64,000 nt of DNA from a virus (lineage: Duplodnaviria > Caudoviricetes), in the IMG/VR virus record IMGVR_UViG_2744054422_000002, positions 1 through 64,000 of that record; one strand, given 5' to 3'. Below are positions 1-8,850 of this stretch, one piece after another. The position numbers and the translations under genes were made by a program. Every line of letters begins with the position of its first letter. The stretch's first letter is position 1. The notes under the pieces were generated by a model. It made no database searches. It was not told the DNA's origin and worked only from the letters and a program-made list of their open reading frames with translations.

Positions 1-38
1 CTCGCGGTCCGGCCTTGCCGATCTCGGGCAAGGCCGGG

Positions 39-240
39 CTACCCGCGGGTGCTGGTGAACCGCACCCCGCTGCCCCACTTCTCCCGCTGCGCGGCAAAAC
101 ACCATGTGCACAGCGGGAGCCCGCCGGGGCCGTACCGCCAGGTCTGCCGCTGGCATCCCGCGCACAGGCCGACGTTACTGCCAGGGCAGATCATGGTGCT
201 GGGGTCGGGCTCCGTGATCGGGGGCACTGGGGTCGTCATG
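39..240 (-). CDS. Small Cys-motif hypothetical protein (CxxC...CxxC)
   Basis: MTTPVPPITEPDP...CAGCQR...LCTWCF; start taken at the ATG after GAGGA. Confidence 0.5.
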
Positions 241-306
241 TCTGTGTCCTCATCTGGGCGACGAGTACTCATCGCCTCGAACAAAGAATAGAACACGCGT
301 CTCGAT

Positions 307-328
307 TGTCAGACCCTCCCCGTACGGT
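307..328 (+). promoter_or_regulatory. RecA-NDp/PafBC-type DNA-damage promoter, probably leaderless
   Basis: TGTCAG-N10-TACGGT fits the actinobacterial TGTCRG-N10-TANNNT motif; ATG follows 6 nt after the -10. Confidence 0.55.
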
Positions 329-334
329 GAGGGT

Positions 335-508
335 ATGTCCCACTCTCCCGGGCCTGACGGCCAGGTGCCGTACGCCCTCGACGAGGTCAACGACCGCATC
401 CGCAGCCTGATGGACGAACCGGCCTCCACCGAGCGCGCCGAGAAGTACCGGCGCCTACTGTCGCTGTGGACGGCCCTCTCGCGCGACGACGTGACCAAAG
501 CGGCCTGA
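335..508 (+). CDS. 57-aa hypothetical protein (below ORF-track cutoff)
   Basis: Hand-translated MSHSPGPDGQVPYALDEVNDRIRSLM...VTKAA*; directly behind the promoter motif. Confidence 0.55.
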   Translation: MSHSPGPDGQVPYALDEVNDRIRSLMDEPASTERAEKYRRLLSLWTALSRDDVTKAA

Positions 509-523
509 CGTCGCTGTGCGGCT

Positions 524-865
524 TCATCGCGCTTCTCGCGCAGGGATCTCACGGCCCGGGTGAGCCGCAGTGAAGTGGTCCCGGATCCCGGTCTCGATCC
601 GCCCGCGCAGCACGGCCGCGCGCTGCTGTGACCGCTCGTTGAAGGTCCGGTTGATGTCCTGCGTGCTGGCCCCCACCGGCACGACGATCGGCTCTCGGTC
701 CTCCTCGAAGGCGTCTTCGTCGTGCGCCCACCCGCAGCCGAGAGCGCAGGGGAAGCGAACGATGCCGCAGCGCGGGTGCGGCCACATGTACGGGTACTCG
801 GGCATCGGGATGATCGTCGCCTCTGGCGGTGGCGCGAGCTCGGCCGCGCGGCGGGCGCGAAGCAT
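524..865 (-). CDS. Hypothetical protein
   Basis: 3' part of ORF 524..1012 has protein-like composition (FPCALGCGWAH...IRDHF); start uncertain. Confidence 0.45.
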   Translation of the reverse strand: MLRARRAAELAPPPEATIIPMPEYPYMWPHPRCGIVRFPCALGCGWAHDEDAFEEDREPIVVPVGASTQDINRTFNERSQQRAAVLRGRIETGIRDHFTAAHPGREIPAREAR

Positions 866-1121
866 CACACCGCACTGCGGGTGACGACGGTGGAGCCGCG
901 TGACGCATCGCGGTGGGACGCCGAGGTGAGGCCCCCGCCCGATCCCGCCGTCACCGCCGATGACCTCCCAAAACACCACAGCCGCGCCCTGCACACCAAA
1001 TTTTTTGCCCATCAGGAAAGTTCAATCACGAACTAATCACTTTCCGTACCTTCGCGGCAACCACACAGGTCCTTCACTGGTCACCCACGCGCAAACACAG
1101 CAGAAACCCGTGGGGAGCACC

Positions 1122-1793
1122 ATGAGCCAGCAGCAGTACCCCCAGCCCCAGCAGCCCGGCAGCAACGGGCTGGCCACCACCGCACTCGTCCTCGGCATCA
1201 TCGCCGTCGTAGTCAGCTTCATCCCTGTCCTGAACGTCGTCGTCTGGCCGCTCGCGATCCTTGGCATCATCTTCGGCGCCATCGGCCTCTCCAAGGCGGG
1301 CAAGGTCCGCAAGGGCAAGGGCGCCGGCATCACCGGCCTCGTCACTTCGGCCGTAGCGATCATCATGTTCTTTGCCATGAACGCCCTGTTCTTCTCCGCC
1401 GTCGACAAGGCCAGTAAGGAGCTCGACAAGTCGTACGACTCCACCACCGTCGGCGACGGCAAGTCCAAGACCGGCGGCGCCAAGGAGTCCGAGGTCATGA
1501 AGGACTTCAAGGTCACTAAGTGCGACGTGGTCACCGGCGACTTCGGCATCAAGGAGATGGCCATCCACGTCGACTACGCCAACAACGGCGACCGCCGATA
1601 CTCGTACTTCGTAGAGGGCGAGGTCCTGGCCGACGGCAAGAAGGTCAACGACTTCATGTCAACCGCCGAGAACCTCGCCCCGGGCCAGAAGTTCACTGAC
1701 AAGAACGCTGGTGCGCTGGTGAACGCGGACGAGATCAAGGACGCCAAGAAGCTCGAGTGCAAGACCATCAAAGCGTCCCGAACTGACTTCTGA
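1122..1793 (+). CDS. DUF4190-like membrane protein with C-terminal extracytoplasmic domain
   Basis: GGGGAG RBS; SNGLATTALVLGII...GIIFGAIGL...GKGAGITGLV TM pattern; strong GC3 bias. Confidence 0.75.
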   Translation: MSQQQYPQPQQPGSNGLATTALVLGIIAVVVSFIPVLNVVVWPLAILGIIFGAIGLSKAGKVRKGKGAGITGLVTSAVAIIMFFAMNALFFSAVDKASKELDKSYDSTTVGDGKSKTGGAKESEVMKDFKVTKCDVVTGDFGIKEMAIHVDYANNGDRRYSYFVEGEVLADGKKVNDFMSTAENLAPGQKFTDKNAGALVNADEIKDAKKLECKTIKASRTDF

Positions 1794-2028
1794 TCGCTGA
1801 CGTCGCACGACGCCGACCACCATCTGCAGGCCTCGCCGCGCACCCCGCAGCGGCGGGGCTCGCTGCATCATGGAGACCATGGAGTCGCAGCGGCACGGGC
1901 GCCGGCCGGGCTGAAGCGGGGCGGAGACCTGACCGCAGGCCCGGCCGAGGGCCGGGCCGCGCGCGGGGAGCGGAGCGAGTCTCAATGACGGAGTCAAGCC
2001 GCTTGCGTGGCAGGCGGGGATAGACACG

Positions 2029-2090
2029 CAGACTGAAACAGATCAGGCAGGTGCTGAATCCAGTGCCTGCCTGATCTGCTGTTTCGGCTG
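2029..2090 (-). terminator. Long hairpin downstream of the tRNA 3' half
   Basis: CAGATCAGGCAGG / CCTGCCTGATCTG 13-bp perfect stem with further extension. Confidence 0.7.
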
Positions 2091-2127
2091 TCGGGGTGGC
2101 GGGATTTGAACCCACGACCTCTTCGTC
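2091..2127 (-). mobile_element. att core: 3' half of a tRNA-Pro, marking the prophage boundary
   Basis: Minus strand GACGAAGAGGTCGTGGGTTCAAATCCCGCCACCCCGA = 3' anticodon stem, T-arm and acceptor strand; the 5' half of the tRNA is absent. Confidence 0.8.
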
Positions 2128-2163
2128 GGTTACGAACGCCCCAAGTAGCCGCACCGTCGGGTG

Positions 2164-2192
2164 TCTGCGCACTGAACAGATCAGTGCGCAGA
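2164..2192. repeat. 12-bp perfect inverted repeat beside att
   Basis: TCTGCGCACTGA-ACAGA-TCAGTGCGCAGA. Confidence 0.7.
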
Positions 2193-2488
2193 TCCTCGAT
2201 TCCAGCTGCGCAGAGAAGAGTTTAGTGCCCAGGTCAAAGCCTTGGGCGCTGAACTGTTTCCTCTCGCCCGACAACGGGGCTCGGATCTGCGGTTTCGTCC
2301 ACGAGCCCATGTCCGCCGGCCGTGTGGAGCGCTAAGCGATCCAGCCAGAGACCCGCGGGCCGCCGTTCACCGCCGCCCCTCGGACTCTTTGAGGTGGCCC
2401 TGCCCTCGTCAGTCACCGGCCGCGCGCTGAACAGGTCGACATGACGGCGCCGCCGAACAAACCGGTGCGGCTCACCTTGCCGCAGAAT

Positions 2489-2504
2489 TCGAACACGCGA
2501 TCTA
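2489..2504 (+). promoter_or_regulatory. Putative SOS (LexA) box
   Basis: TCGAAC-ACGC-GATCTA versus actinobacterial TCGAAC-N4-GTTCGA; 8 nt before the ATG. Confidence 0.45.
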
Positions 2505-2512
2505 ATTCGGAT

Positions 2513-2737
2513 ATGGCGAACCACAGGGTCGACTACCTCACCAGCACCCAGGAGCACATCCTGCGCTGCATCCGCGAGTCGATCGCCGAACGAGGTGAAT
2601 CCCCGACCGTGCAGGAGATCGGCGAGCATGTGGGCATGCGCAGCCGCGCCTCCGTGCACTACCACCTGGGACGGATCGAAGCGCTCGGGTACATCGCCCG
2701 CGAGCCTCACAGGCCGCGCGGGATCAGGCTCACATGA
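2513..2737 (+). CDS. LexA-type DNA-binding-domain-only regulator
   Basis: LTSTQEHILRCIRESIAERGESPTVQEIGEHVGMRSRASVHYHLGRIEALGYI; no S24 peptidase domain. Confidence 0.85.
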   Translation: MANHRVDYLTSTQEHILRCIRESIAERGESPTVQEIGEHVGMRSRASVHYHLGRIEALGYIAREPHRPRGIRLT

Positions 2738-2946
2738 CCAGCACCGCCCCTGACCGGGAGCGCTTCCACCTCACGGTGTCCTCCACCGGCCGCCCGGTCA
2801 TACAGGGCTGGTGGGAGAACGACGCAGTCGCGCGAGGCAAGTTCGTGTCCTGGGTGGGTGAGTACGGCACCATCCCCGGCGCACGCCTCACACTGGTCGA
2901 CGAGGCCGCGGCTCGCACGCTGGCCGTCTGGCCGGACGCGGAGTAG
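2734..2946 (+). CDS. Hypothetical protein coupled to the LexA-like gene
   Basis: ATGA overlap; RFHLTVSSTGRPVIQGWW. Confidence 0.7.
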   Translation: MTSTAPDRERFHLTVSSTGRPVIQGWWENDAVARGKFVSWVGEYGTIPGARLTLVDEAAARTLAVWPDAE

Positions 2947-3305
2947 CGCCGTCAGCCCTCCGACGCCGGGGGTCGTACGGCCCTCTTCACAGCCCACTCG
3001 ACCTCCTGCCGCGACATGCTCACGCCCTCACGCGCCGCGTATTCCGTGACCACCGCCTGCGCGGCCTGATAGACCAGTGGCGGTCGCGGATGTGGCTGGA
3101 CACCTGGGTCTAGCAGGGCAGACGTAGCAAGGGGGCGCGGCAATCTGCCGCGCCCCCTGCGTCCCGCCCTCCTCTTGACCTGTAGCTCTTCCTCAGCTGA
3201 GCTGCTTGCCGGTAGAACTTCGACACGGATTCGACACGCAGTGCCCTGACGGATCTGTACGGTGCGAACGACACACACGCTAGGGGCGAACTGTTGGGGG
3301 CGGGC

Positions 3306-3714
3306 ATGACGGCGTATCTGACTGAGGCTGATCCACGGTGGGCTAAGCACTCTGGTGAAGCGGGGCACTACGGAGCCTCGGAATGGGGTCCGGAGGACTT
3401 GGAGCGCGCCGCGATGTTCTTGGCCGAACTCCCGCCGCAGGCCCGGCGGGTGTTCCAGTACCTGCTGCGCAACCCTGGCCGGTGGATCCACTGCACGGAG
3501 TTGGTGGATAAGGCCCTGGGCGGGCCGAACGAGAGTGATCCGGCGCGGCGCGTGGCAGGGGTGCTGTCCGGGATGAGCAAGGGACACAGCAACAGTGAGC
3601 GGCGGCTTCCGTTTTACTGGTGGGAAGGCTCCCGAGGGGAGCGCAGGTGCAACGTACGCAGTCCGCCCCTCGGTGGCAGCGGTGTTCCTGGCCGCTCAGC
3701 TCGACGCCGCGTGA
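3306..3714 (+). pseudogene. DUF6416-like protein with a +1 frameshift near 3627
   Basis: ...RRLPFYWWE continues in the +1 frame as APEGSAGATYAVRPSVAAVFLAAQLDAA*. Confidence 0.55.
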
Positions 3715-4214
3715 TATGCACAGCCACAACTGATCACCTGCGGCCGTGACCTGTGGCCGCCTTAACGATCATCGCTCTGACCTGCTGCTGAGCTGTCGGC
3801 AGTTGTCGACGTTGGTCATCGTTGAGCGCCCTTCCACGGCCCGAGGACGGCCCGGGAGGGCGCTCGTGCGTTGGGCGTGAAGTCTGCTCCATATGTCTAC
3901 GACCTGGGTCCCGGCTGTGATCCCTATCCCGACAGAGGAATTTTTCCGGCCAGGAGCGCGTGTAGGGACTTTCCCGTAATTTGAACTGCTTGACCACCAC
4001 TCCGAAGCGGGACAGCAAAGACGCTTCCCTTTCCAAGCTCGACAATCCCCGAGCCCTCCACGATGAAAGGCTTCGCGGGATCTGATTGGCCTCGATCTCG
4101 TCATACATCTCGCGGGGCGACTTCAGCGGCAGTGCGGCGAGGAGATCGTCCAGGTCGGCGTCGGTGGTCACGGTGTCCTCCGTCTCGGGAGACGGGACAG
4201 AATGCCACAAAGGG

Positions 4215-4245
4215 GGACGCCTGCCCCGACATAGGGCGGCCGTCC
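4215..4245 (-). terminator. Hairpin after the lysis cassette
   Basis: GGACG.CTGCCC / GGGCGG.CGTCC imperfect stem. Confidence 0.45.
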
Positions 4246-4247
4246 GG

Positions 4248-4640
4248 TCAGCGACTGGCCGGATCGTCCGGCGGGGCGGGCGGGGTAGTCGGCTGCGGGG
4301 GGCGCGGGTCGGCGTCGGGACAGAGCAGGGCCAGGCGCTCGTTCGCCTGGTCGACGGCGTCTCGAAGGCTGCTGCCGTTGTTGGGATACACCTCGTGCCA
4401 GACGTGGCCGAGGCGTTCCTCCATCCCCGATACCCGCTCCATCACGCCCGGGCGCGCCGGGACCCCGGGGCGTCCCTCTTCGCCGTACCAGTCGTCGAGG
4501 AACTGACTGGTGCGACGGAACAGGTGCATCGCCGCCCGGATCAGCCGCCACAGGGCAGTGCCGCCGCCGACGAGGATCGTTATGGCCCCGCCCCAGACCA
4601 GTGCCGTGTCGAGGGCGGAAACTCCCGTCGTCACCTCCAT
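4248..4640 (-). CDS. Lysis-cassette membrane protein (holin-like / DUF2746-like)
   Basis: One N-terminal TM; FLDDWYGE...PGVMER...NNGSSLRDAVD; follows the endolysin. Confidence 0.65.
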   Translation of the reverse strand: MEVTTGVSALDTALVWGGAITILVGGGTALWRLIRAAMHLFRRTSQFLDDWYGEEGRPGVPARPGVMERVSGMEERLGHVWHEVYPNNGSSLRDAVDQANERLALLCPDADPRPPQPTTPPAPPDDPASR

Positions 4641-4643
4641 GCG

Positions 4644-5735
4644 CTAGCCCTCCCACGCGAGCACGGTCAGGACAGCGCTCGCGACTTCGACCTGCTCATC
4701 CGACTGGTTCAGCAGCCGCACCCGCATAGACCGGCCAGCCGCCAGACGCTTCGTCAGCGGCACGATGGCGTAGGCCCCGCCGGGCGTGCCGATCACCTCG
4801 TGGATCGGGTGGTCCTGCTTGAGCGCACCCACTGCGTCGTACTCGCTCATGCGGACCTGGACGACTTCGTCGACGGGCAGGCCCTCGAACCGCAGGCTGA
4901 GCGAGCCGGTGAACGTCGCGGCGCCCTTGGCGAAGGTCGGGCTGTTCGTGGCGTGGCCGTCGGGCTCGTCGGTCCACTCGGTGGTGAACTCGATGTCGTC
5001 CCACAGGCCCGGCGCGAGCTGGTAGCTGTGGACGAGGCCGAGGTTGACGTAGTCGGGGTTCACGGTGTCGGTCTCCTGGGGGGTGGGGCTCCAGCTCGCC
5101 GGGTGCGCGAGTCGCTCGGCGACGTCGGCACGGAGCTGCGCCATGGTGAACTGGAAGGGGCCGCGGCGGCCGTACCCGGCGACCGGGCCGGCCGGGTCGG
5201 GCTTGCCTTCGACAGAGGTCTCCAGGTGCCCGGCGACGCTGCCCGCGCTCCAGCCGTGGAGGCGGCACAGCGCGGCGTTGAAGCGGACCCAGCTGTCGTA
5301 TTGGCCGCGCGTGTAGACGTCTTCCCCGTTGCCGAGGTTTTCGACTTCCAAGCCGTACAGCGAGTCGTTACCGTCGACCGTCTTGGATTTGTCCTGCTTC
5401 GGGAGCGGCTTCTCGGCCACGATCGCGTCGAAGACGTTCTTCGCGACCAGGCCCGCGTGGTTGGCACGGCCGTCGGCCACCAGGACGACGACGCCGCTCT
5501 TGGGCAGGTAGGCGTGGGCGAGGGGCGGCGGCAGGCCCGGCCGCCCCACCGTGGCGATCGTCGCCAGCGAGTTGACGCCCGCGGTGTGGTGGTTGAGCAC
5601 GCCGTGGACCGGACCGAAGATCTTGCCCGTCGCGGCGTCACGGCCGCGCGTCGTCCACCCGGCGAACTCGGTGAACGCAACGCCTTCCGCCTTCAGCGTG
5701 GCGCGCCACTGGGCTGGGGTTGCTGGGGTCGACAC
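4644..5735 (-). CDS. Endolysin, N-acetylmuramoyl-L-alanine amidase (Amidase_2)
   Basis: NHHTAG, GRANHAG, GLEVEN, GHLE..KPDP motifs; start moved to the GTG after GGGAG. Confidence 0.85.
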   Translation of the reverse strand: MSTPATPAQWRATLKAEGVAFTEFAGWTTRGRDAATGKIFGPVHGVLNHHTAGVNSLATIATVGRPGLPPPLAHAYLPKSGVVVLVADGRANHAGLVAKNVFDAIVAEKPLPKQDKSKTVDGNDSLYGLEVENLGNGEDVYTRGQYDSWVRFNAALCRLHGWSAGSVAGHLETSVEGKPDPAGPVAGYGRRGPFQFTMAQLRADVAERLAHPASWSPTPQETDTVNPDYVNLGLVHSYQLAPGLWDDIEFTTEWTDEPDGHATNSPTFAKGAATFTGSLSLRFEGLPVDEVVQVRMSEYDAVGALKQDHPIHEVIGTPGGAYAIVPLTKRLAAGRSMRVRLLNQSDEQVEVASAVLTVLAWEG

Positions 5736-5765
5736 GGCGATCACTCCCGACGTGGAGAGTTGACG

Positions 5766-5800
5766 CCCGGCCCAGAACCAGCGGCTACACCAGGAGTCTA
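5766..5800 (-). promoter_or_regulatory. Late-leader element copy 1 (endolysin)
   Basis: TAGACT-N9-GCCGCTGGTTCTGGGCCGGG. Confidence 0.8.
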
Positions 5801-6139
5801 ACTACCGGCCCCGGTCAGGGCGCTGTCGTCGTCGAGCGGCCCCCCATGACCGGACAGGGCCCGCGCAGTCGCCTCGCGGATACCGGCCGCGACCAGGTCC
5901 TCGTACTGCTGGCGCCGCGAGTCCTTCTCGGCGGCCAGCATTTCGGCGACGCGGGTGTCGTGCTGCTCGCGCTGCTCGGCGCGCAGCTCCTCGTAGACCT
6001 CCTGGGTCACGTACTTCGCGCCGTCCGGCAGCTCCGGTTCCAAGTCGCCGACCACGGTGATCCGGCCGAGGACGCCGTCCGGGAAGCGGATGTAGCGGGT
6101 GACCGGCTCGGGCAGGGGCAGGCCAGGGATGTCCAGCAT
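5798..6139 (-). CDS. Small fibre-associated protein (possible chaperone)
   Basis: GAGGAG RBS; RYIRFPDG...LPDGAKYVTQEVYEE; follows a fibre-like gene. Confidence 0.65.
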   Translation of the reverse strand: MLDIPGLPLPEPVTRYIRFPDGVLGRITVVGDLEPELPDGAKYVTQEVYEELRAEQREQHDTRVAEMLAAEKDSRRQQYEDLVAAGIREATARALSGHGGPLDDDSALTGAGS

Positions 6140-6149
6140 GGTGCGCTCC

Positions 6150-6986
6150 TCACAGACTGACGATCAGGGCCCGCAGGATGAAGTGGACTTGGTAGTAGTA
6201 CGCGCCGCCCGAGCCGCGGCCGGCCGTCGCGCTCAGCGTGATCGGCGCGGTGGCGCCAGGGGCGAGGGTGAGGCCCTCGGGGATGAATTTCGTGGCCTGC
6301 GCATGCGCGCCGACGATCGACCCGGTGCCCGTGTTGCGCGTGTAGAACATCTCGTCGGAGCCGTGACCGGTGCCCGCACCGGCCCCGGCCGGGAGAACCA
6401 GGTAGACGTCGACCTCCCGCTCTGTGTAGACCTGCGCGGGCCTGCACGTGTCGGGGTTCGTGATGTTGACCGAGAACGAGTCGATCACCGTGTTCTGCGC
6501 GGCTGGGACCGCAATGTCGTTGTAGGTGCGGTCGTCGAAATAGCTGGTGAAGCTGATCTTGCCGCGCGGCTCCGAGCGCAGCCGTCCTTGGCTGTCGCAG
6601 GCCACGACGCCGCCGAAGGTGTCCACGTTGCATGTGTAGGGCCACGTCTGGGTGTTGGCCTTCACCGGCGCGGAGGCGGAGCCGTTGCCGCTCAGGCCGC
6701 AGCCGGTGAGGACCTGTCCGCCGGCCGTGGGGACGAGGAGCCCGCCGTCGGGGCCGATACTGACGTTGTTCCCGGCCTGCCCGGACAAGTGGGCCGCGAT
6801 GACGCCGGTTGCCGCGTTGTACGTGATGCCGCTGCCGCCGGACAGGCAGGCGCGGACCGTCGAGCATGGGACGTCGGCCGAGATGACGTAGGGGTTGGCA
6901 GCGGAGCCGGAGCCGCTCAGGGTGACGTTCTCACCGGCCTGTACCGAGCAGTTGCAGAGTCCTCCGCCACAGCCGCATCGCGCCAT
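6150..6986 (-). CDS. Cys-rich minor tail / fibre protein
   Basis: MARCGCGGGLCNC; paralogous to 21683..23278 (GSAANPY, CLSGG..YNAATG, GCGL.G.G). Confidence 0.7.
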   Translation of the reverse strand: MARCGCGGGLCNCSVQAGENVTLSGSGSAANPYVISADVPCSTVRACLSGGSGITYNAATGVIAAHLSGQAGNNVSIGPDGGLLVPTAGGQVLTGCGLSGNGSASAPVKANTQTWPYTCNVDTFGGVVACDSQGRLRSEPRGKISFTSYFDDRTYNDIAVPAAQNTVIDSFSVNITNPDTCRPAQVYTEREVDVYLVLPAGAGAGTGHGSDEMFYTRNTGTGSIVGAHAQATKFIPEGLTLAPGATAPITLSATAGRGSGGAYYYQVHFILRALIVSL

Positions 6987-7016
6987 GGGTCCACCGTCCT
7001 CGCGGGGTTGTCTCGG

Positions 7017-7053
7017 CCCGGCCCACAACCAGCGGCGCGCACCGTCGAGTCTA
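7017..7053 (-). promoter_or_regulatory. Late-leader element copy 2
   Basis: TAGACT-N11-GCCGCTGGTTGTGGGCCGGG. Confidence 0.8.
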
Positions 7054-7075
7054 TCGACGGCCTTCGCGGGACACC

Positions 7076-7174
7076 GTCCGGACGTGTCCACGGATGCCGT
7101 CCGGACACCATCCGGGCAGATTCCGGACGGTCCGTCTGACCTGCCCGGATACCGTCCGGACGCGGTGTCCGGAC
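7076..7174. repeat. Phased array of the GTCCGGAC palindrome
   Basis: Perfect copies at 7076, 7099, 7154, 7167; near-copies at 7110, 7121, 7143. Confidence 0.75.
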
Positions 7175-7180
7175 GCGGTG

Positions 7181-7903
7181 TCAGGCGAAGAGCCAGACGA
7201 TGACGATGCCAGCGCCTCCGGGGGTGCCGTTGACGCTGTCGCCGTCCCGGGCGAGGGCACCGGCCGCACCGCCGCCGAAGCCACGGCCCGCGCCCCCGCC
7301 GCCGCTGGACGCGCGCTGCCAGCCGCCGTGACCGAGCCTGGACTCGCCGCCTTCGCCGCTCTGCCCCTGGTCGCCGGTGATGCGGAGCGGGCCGCCGCCG
7401 GGACCGCCGCCCTGGGCCATGTCACCGATGCCTGCGGTCGGCCCGGACGTACCCGAGTAGCAGACCGGCGTGGCTCCTGACGGCATGACAGTTTGCCCGC
7501 CGAAGCCGCCGTTCGCGGTGCACAGGCCGCCGAAGGAGCTGTTGCCGCCATTGCCGCCGTCGACGGTGGGGGTGCCTGCGGTTCCGGCGTCGCCCACGAC
7601 GATCGTCTCTGCGGCGCCGAGCGCCGATGCGTCGATCAGGCGCTCGGCGTAGCCGCCGCCCGTACCTCCCGGTTGCGCGACCAGTTGACCGGCGTTCGCC
7701 CGCGCGCCCGCCGCCCCACCGCCGCCCGCCTGCACCTGGACGAAAATGCGCGACAGCCACGGGTAGTCGGCTTTCGCGAACGTCTCGGTGCCGGGCGTCG
7801 CGAAGTACAGGATGTCGCGGAGATCGGCGCTCCCCGGGACCATCGTCAGCCGGCCATCGGCTCCGACGTCGAAGTAGGCCGGATCCACACACACGCTTGC
7901 CAC
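7181..7903 (-). CDS. Glycine-rich minor tail protein
   Basis: VQVQAGGGGAAG...GGGYAE...GGAGIVIVW. Confidence 0.75.
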   Translation of the reverse strand: MASVCVDPAYFDVGADGRLTMVPGSADLRDILYFATPGTETFAKADYPWLSRIFVQVQAGGGGAAGARANAGQLVAQPGGTGGGYAERLIDASALGAAETIVVGDAGTAGTPTVDGGNGGNSSFGGLCTANGGFGGQTVMPSGATPVCYSGTSGPTAGIGDMAQGGGPGGGPLRITGDQGQSGEGGESRLGHGGWQRASSGGGGAGRGFGGGAAGALARDGDSVNGTPGGAGIVIVWLFA

Positions 7904-7933
7904 GGGCTTGCTCCATCAGGGGAGTTCCAGCGG

Positions 7934-7968
7934 CCCGGCCCACAACCAGCGGCGTCGACAGAAGGGTA
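7934..7968 (-). promoter_or_regulatory. Late-leader element copy 3
   Basis: TACCCT-N9-GCCGCTGGTTGTGGGCCGGG. Confidence 0.8.
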
Positions 7969-8063
7969 ACCGCGTCAGCCTCCGGAGCGCGCCGCCAGAT
8001 CCTCCGGCCACAGCACGACGCCGCCATCGGGCTCGGCCGCCCACCCCTTCGGACCGTGACCGG

Positions 8064-8294
8064 TCAGCCGCCGAAGATGGCGGTCCACGCCGCGTAGACG
8101 AGGAAGCCCAGGATGAACAGGACGACGCCGAGCCCGAAGAGGGCGTCGATGGCGTCGCCGCCTCCTCCGCCGCCCCGGCTCTCCGCCATCTGCCGGGCCT
8201 CCTGCTCCTTCATGTACCACGTGTGCCGGTCCATGTAGTCGCTCGCCTGCTGGCGGAACAGGTCTTCGTTCTGCTGCCGTTCCCAGTCGTCCAT
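8064..8294 (-). CDS. Small C-terminally anchored membrane protein (moron)
   Basis: GAGGAGG RBS; MDDWERQQ...LFGLGVVLFILGFLVYAAW; own TAATGT upstream. Confidence 0.6.
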   Translation of the reverse strand: MDDWERQQNEDLFRQQASDYMDRHTWYMKEQEARQMAESRGGGGGGDAIDALFGLGVVLFILGFLVYAAWTAIFGG

Positions 8295-8388
8295 GGGTAT
8301 GACCCCCTCCTCGCGTGTTGGTTGAACGCTGCACATTAACCTCACGCGGGTGAGGCGGTCTCCCCCCAGCTGGAACGGCCGCGTGAGG

Positions 8389-8850
8389 TCAGGCATGTGA
8401 CGACGATGCGGGCGCGACCATCACGTGCACGGGCAGGCCCGGCCCGGCCGGCTCGGCGACACCGGTCCCGCGGCGAGGCCGGGAGCGCCACACCCTGACC
8501 GTCACGTTCCACGCGGTGACCTCCTCCAACGCCGCCCACGCCGTCCGCTCGTCGTCGCTGGGATCCGGGTCCACCACGGTCGCCGTGACGGCCGGACGGC
8601 CGCTGTACGGGGCCGGGAACGCCCACGTGGCCCGCCCGTCCTCGCCGGTGGTCAACACGGCTGCGACAAGCCCGCCAGGGGTCGCCAGGAGCGGCGTGTG
8701 GGTCACGCTCTGCGGGGCCGGGTCGCGCTCCAGCGGGGCACCACTGGTGCGGGTCCGGCCGGCGATGCGGGCCCTCTGGTCGAGGCTGCGCAGCACTCCG
8801 CCGAGCGGGTTGCCGACCATGCGTCGGGCTGGTGTTCCACGCATGGCCAT
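8389..8850 (-). CDS. Minor tail protein
   Basis: Abuts the 8851 gene; GRATWAFPAPY...PAVTAT beta pattern. Confidence 0.6.
   Translation of the reverse strand: MAMRGTPARRMVGNPLGGVLRSLDQRARIAGRTRTSGAPLERDPAPQSVTHTPLLATPGGLVAAVLTTGEDGRATWAFPAPYSGRPAVTATVVDPDPSDDERTAWAALEEVTAWNVTVRVWRSRPRRGTGVAEPAGPGLPVHVMVAPASSSHA

Noticed and set aside
277-305. SOS box near 289
   Set aside because: TAGAAC-ACGC-GTCTCGA has wrong half-site spacing.
2091-2160. Intact tRNA gene
   Set aside because: Only the 3' half matches; the anticodon loop and 5' half are replaced.
3734-4210. 158-aa ORF
   Set aside because: Only the first ~45 codons look protein-like; probably a chimeric remnant.
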